DNA of 64,000 nucleotides from Anthoceros angustus (lineage: Eukaryota > Plantae > Anthocerotophyta): the NCBI GenBank assembly GCA_010909165.1, contig MU008171.1, forward strand, positions 806,001-870,000, written 5' to 3'. The position numbers and the translations under genes are program-made. This document shows positions 61,089 to 64,000 of this stretch, piece after piece (positions within the stretch are counted from its first letter, which is position 1; each line of letters opens with the position of its first letter). Below the pieces are notes generated by a model that worked only from the letters and a program-made list of their open reading frames with translations, was not told where the DNA came from and did not search any database.

Positions 61089-64000
61089 AATCAAGGGTGA
61101 GATGGAGCCGGAGGGGCGCAATCATGAGGAGGGATAACCCTCGCATGAGGGGCGCCAGCCGCAATCAAGGAGGATCACCTCATGGGCGGGCGGCGCTGAA
61201 TCACGAGGAGGTAGGAACTCGAGATCGACTTGCCAGAATTTTGAGGCGATCACCGATTCGAGGCGCGAGGAAAAGGGAGGTGGCTGAGACATGGCGCCCA
61301 AGGCCGCAGTGAAATTGGACCGCCTAATGGCTAAACATGGACCATTGGAAGGTCCGAGCTGGGGAGTTGGTGAAGGAGTTGGGGCTTGGCTTCATGGAGA
61401 AGCGTGGAATTATGCACCGACTTGGCAGGAGTGCGCCGCCATCCATCAAGGACAAGCAGCTGTGAGGGAATTAGAAGCCCCTGTGATTGGGACCGAATTG
61501 GTCAGAAAGTGTGAGCGTAGCAAGGAAGAGGCAGTGGTTTGCAATCGAGCCTTCACTAAAAGGAGCACAAAGGCAAGCAGCGCCTTGGTCAAGACAGGCG
61601 TAATTCGGGAGCCCAATGGCTGGTTGACCCGAGAATTGGTATCAGCACAGCTGATGGGTCTGGCCAGATGGCTCCTCTGTTTTCTACAGCACAAGAAGCA
61701 GGACTATTTGTCTGACCATTTGCTGCTGTTTCTCCATGAAGTTGTCAAGGGGGCGAGGATCGATTGGGGGCGAATTCTCTTTGACAAGCTGTGTGAAGAG
61801 AGGTTGAATTTGATCTCCTCTTCCCCTCGTCCTTCTCTAATTACGCCATTTTTGGTTCACCTGTATGCGCATGCTAACTGTCTGCCGGAGGTAGAAATTG
61901 TGGCCTCCCTTCACATGTGGAAGCCAGTTAGGGAGGTGAAGTGGAAAGCGGAGGAGCCCAAGGAGGAAATAGAGGAGGAATCGACAGTTGGGAGTCCGTG
62001 GCAACGCGCTCGAGGAGGAAAAGGAGATTGCCACCAAGAAGAAGAGAAAAGCCGGAGAGGCGTAGGCTCAAGGAAGAAGGCGAAGGTGGACGCACCACTG
62101 TGTCAAGAAGGGCGCCCAGAGAAAAGCTTAAGAAAATGAGGGCCAAACGGCAGATTGATTCGGCGGAGGAGGAGGCGCGATCCGAGGAAGAAAATTTTGC
62201 TGACCTAGATGCAGATGACGAACCGACCCCGGAAGGATTAGGGTTGACCTCAACAGCGGACCCCTCCTCGGGATGGGAAGAGATTTTCCAGGGAACTCCA
62301 TTGGCAACAGAGGTCGACGCGGCAGAATTGGTTAGAGTGCGCACCCTACTGGGAAGGAAGGTGCTCGACATGGGAATGGCGTCCAAAGCGGGGCCTCCTC
62401 AACAGGTGGATTTGTAGGAGCTAACCACATCTATGATCCGGGCCCAGTCAGATTTGTTGGACCAAGCTGCGTTAGCCCTCACATGGCTCAGCGTGCAAGG
62501 GCGGCGAGAGGAAGTGGTGAGGGCCCGATTTGAGGAGGAGGAGGCTAAGCGAAAGCAGCTGGAGGAGGATAAGCGGACCCTGGAGGAGATGAGGGTAAAA
62601 ATTCAGGAGGATTTGTGCAGGGCCCAAGAGGAGTTGCAGTCCATGACGAGTCAGCAGGAAGCGCTCATGGCCCAGATCAAGGATGCCCACGAGGCGAATC
62701 AAGAAATGCAAGGGGAATTGTTGCGAGCCCAAGAACAAGAGGCAGCCTTTGTGGAGAAGGCCCATAAGTTGGCGGACCGGTACAAGCGAGATGAGAGGCA
62801 CGTGGCCGAGCCGAAGGAGAAGGGAAAGGGAAGCAAGCAGTCCACACGGGGTAGTGGAAGGGACTATCAAGGAAAGGAAGGAGCAACCGAGGTAGCCGAA
62901 ACACCTACCAGAGTCGCCGAACAGACGATGGTCGTAGAGTCCACTACTGCGGTAGCAAAAATGGCTACCGACACCGGGGAGCCCAACTCTGAAGCGGCCA
63001 CGAGCGGCGCAACTCGACGCAACGTAACATCTTGCGAGGGCATGGATCAGGCAACCAGGGGTAGCCCACGGGAGGAGGGGGTAAGCACCTCAGCTACAGT
63101 AGGGGGTCCTATTATGTTGCGGCACATGGATGAGGAAACTTATGTTCCTGGTCTATATGTGAATGGGGAACGCGTGCTTAACCTCACTGTCCATGTGCGT
63201 GTGGAAATAGGAGGGATCAGGGCCTATCTTCTGCAAGTGAGGACCCGAAGTGGATACTTCTTCCACCGCTCGAGTGTGGGGATTGGCCCCCTATTATGCG
63301 GAGGCGATTTTGGAGGAGCTGACGGAAGAAGAAGTCCAGGCATGGGTGGACGAAGAGCCTGTAATAATCCTCAAAGAATAAAGGCGACAGGCCGGAGTGA
63401 GTGGGAGCTCAAGGAGATACCCCGATTAGGGACGCCCACTCAGCGAGTAGTGAGGTGGAGGTCTTATGGGAGGACCCGCTGATCGGGCGGTGAGGGCTCG
63501 AGGCGGCGGAGGACTAAGGACCAGGCGACCAAGTCGGGAAGGGCGAGATAGCGAGGGCAATAGGTGATAGCATCCTAGGAATGGAATTTGGTTGGGGATG
63601 CCACATCGACCTAAGATCGCTGGAATTGTAGGCGCTCTTCAAGGAGCAGTCGCTTTTAGAACCGAAAACTGGGGCTATGACGCCCCACCGATGTGGCCAA
63701 AAGGGGCCACCAGCCCGCCACAATGACACTTCCGTTGAGATCCCCACGCCTGTGGGTTGCTGAGACGTCCGATTGATGTAGGCGAGCGCGACGCCTCCTG
63801 GGTGGTGGAGGAGGATAAGCGGACCCTAGAGGATGAGGGTAAAAATTCGGAGGATTTGTGCAGGCCCAAGAGGAGTTCTGGGTCCATGGCCGGGCAGTGA
63901 GGCTCCGAGATCAAGGATGCCTACGAGGCTAATCAATCAAGGGGTGTTGCGAGCCCAAGAACAAGGCGTGCTTTGTGGAAGGCCCATAGGTTGGCGGACC
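61089..64000 (+). mobile_element. Copy 4 (divergent, best preserved) of the gag/pol-less two-ORF element
   Basis: ORF1 61291..62139 (282 aa; MAPKAA.., RIDWGRILFDKL..PSLITPFLVHLYAH), acidic segment 61941..62417, and coiled-coil ORF2 62433..63482 (349 aa). A degraded repeat of ORF2 occurs at ~63800-64000. Confidence 0.7.

Overview
Eukaryotic land-plant nuclear DNA. Short introns, dense genes and CRE-like LINE remnants suggest a compact-genome non-seed plant such as Selaginella (inference only). About 2.5-16.2 kb holds four apparently intact intron-containing genes: a CDC50/ALIS flippase subunit (-), a conserved uncharacterised acidic/C2H2-like protein (+), a plastid DUF3007 protein (+) and an SRS2-like UvrD helicase (-). 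The rest is a TE-rich cluster of atypical germin-like (cupin) genes: four near-complete copies in a ~3.7 kb two-gene unit duplicated ~28.4 kb apart, plus one truncated copy. The TEs are a structurally complete Mutator-like element (~270 bp TIRs, 9 bp TSD), several Ty1/copia pieces (including a complete 5.3 kb element with TG..TA LTRs nested in a copia with TA..TA LTRs), CRE-like non-LTR fragments, and four copies of a gag/pol-less element carrying an ORF1 plus a coiled-coil ORF2. Major caveat: repeats and germin copies carry many single-base homopolymer deletions and CG/CHG-site changes that are complementary between copies. This looks like unpolished long-read error, so many frameshifts and some tandem duplications may be artefacts. 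No rRNA, tRNA or CRISPR array was seen. I found no clearly new biological system; the best leads are the atypical germins, the gag/pol-less two-ORF element and the non-canonical LTR termini.
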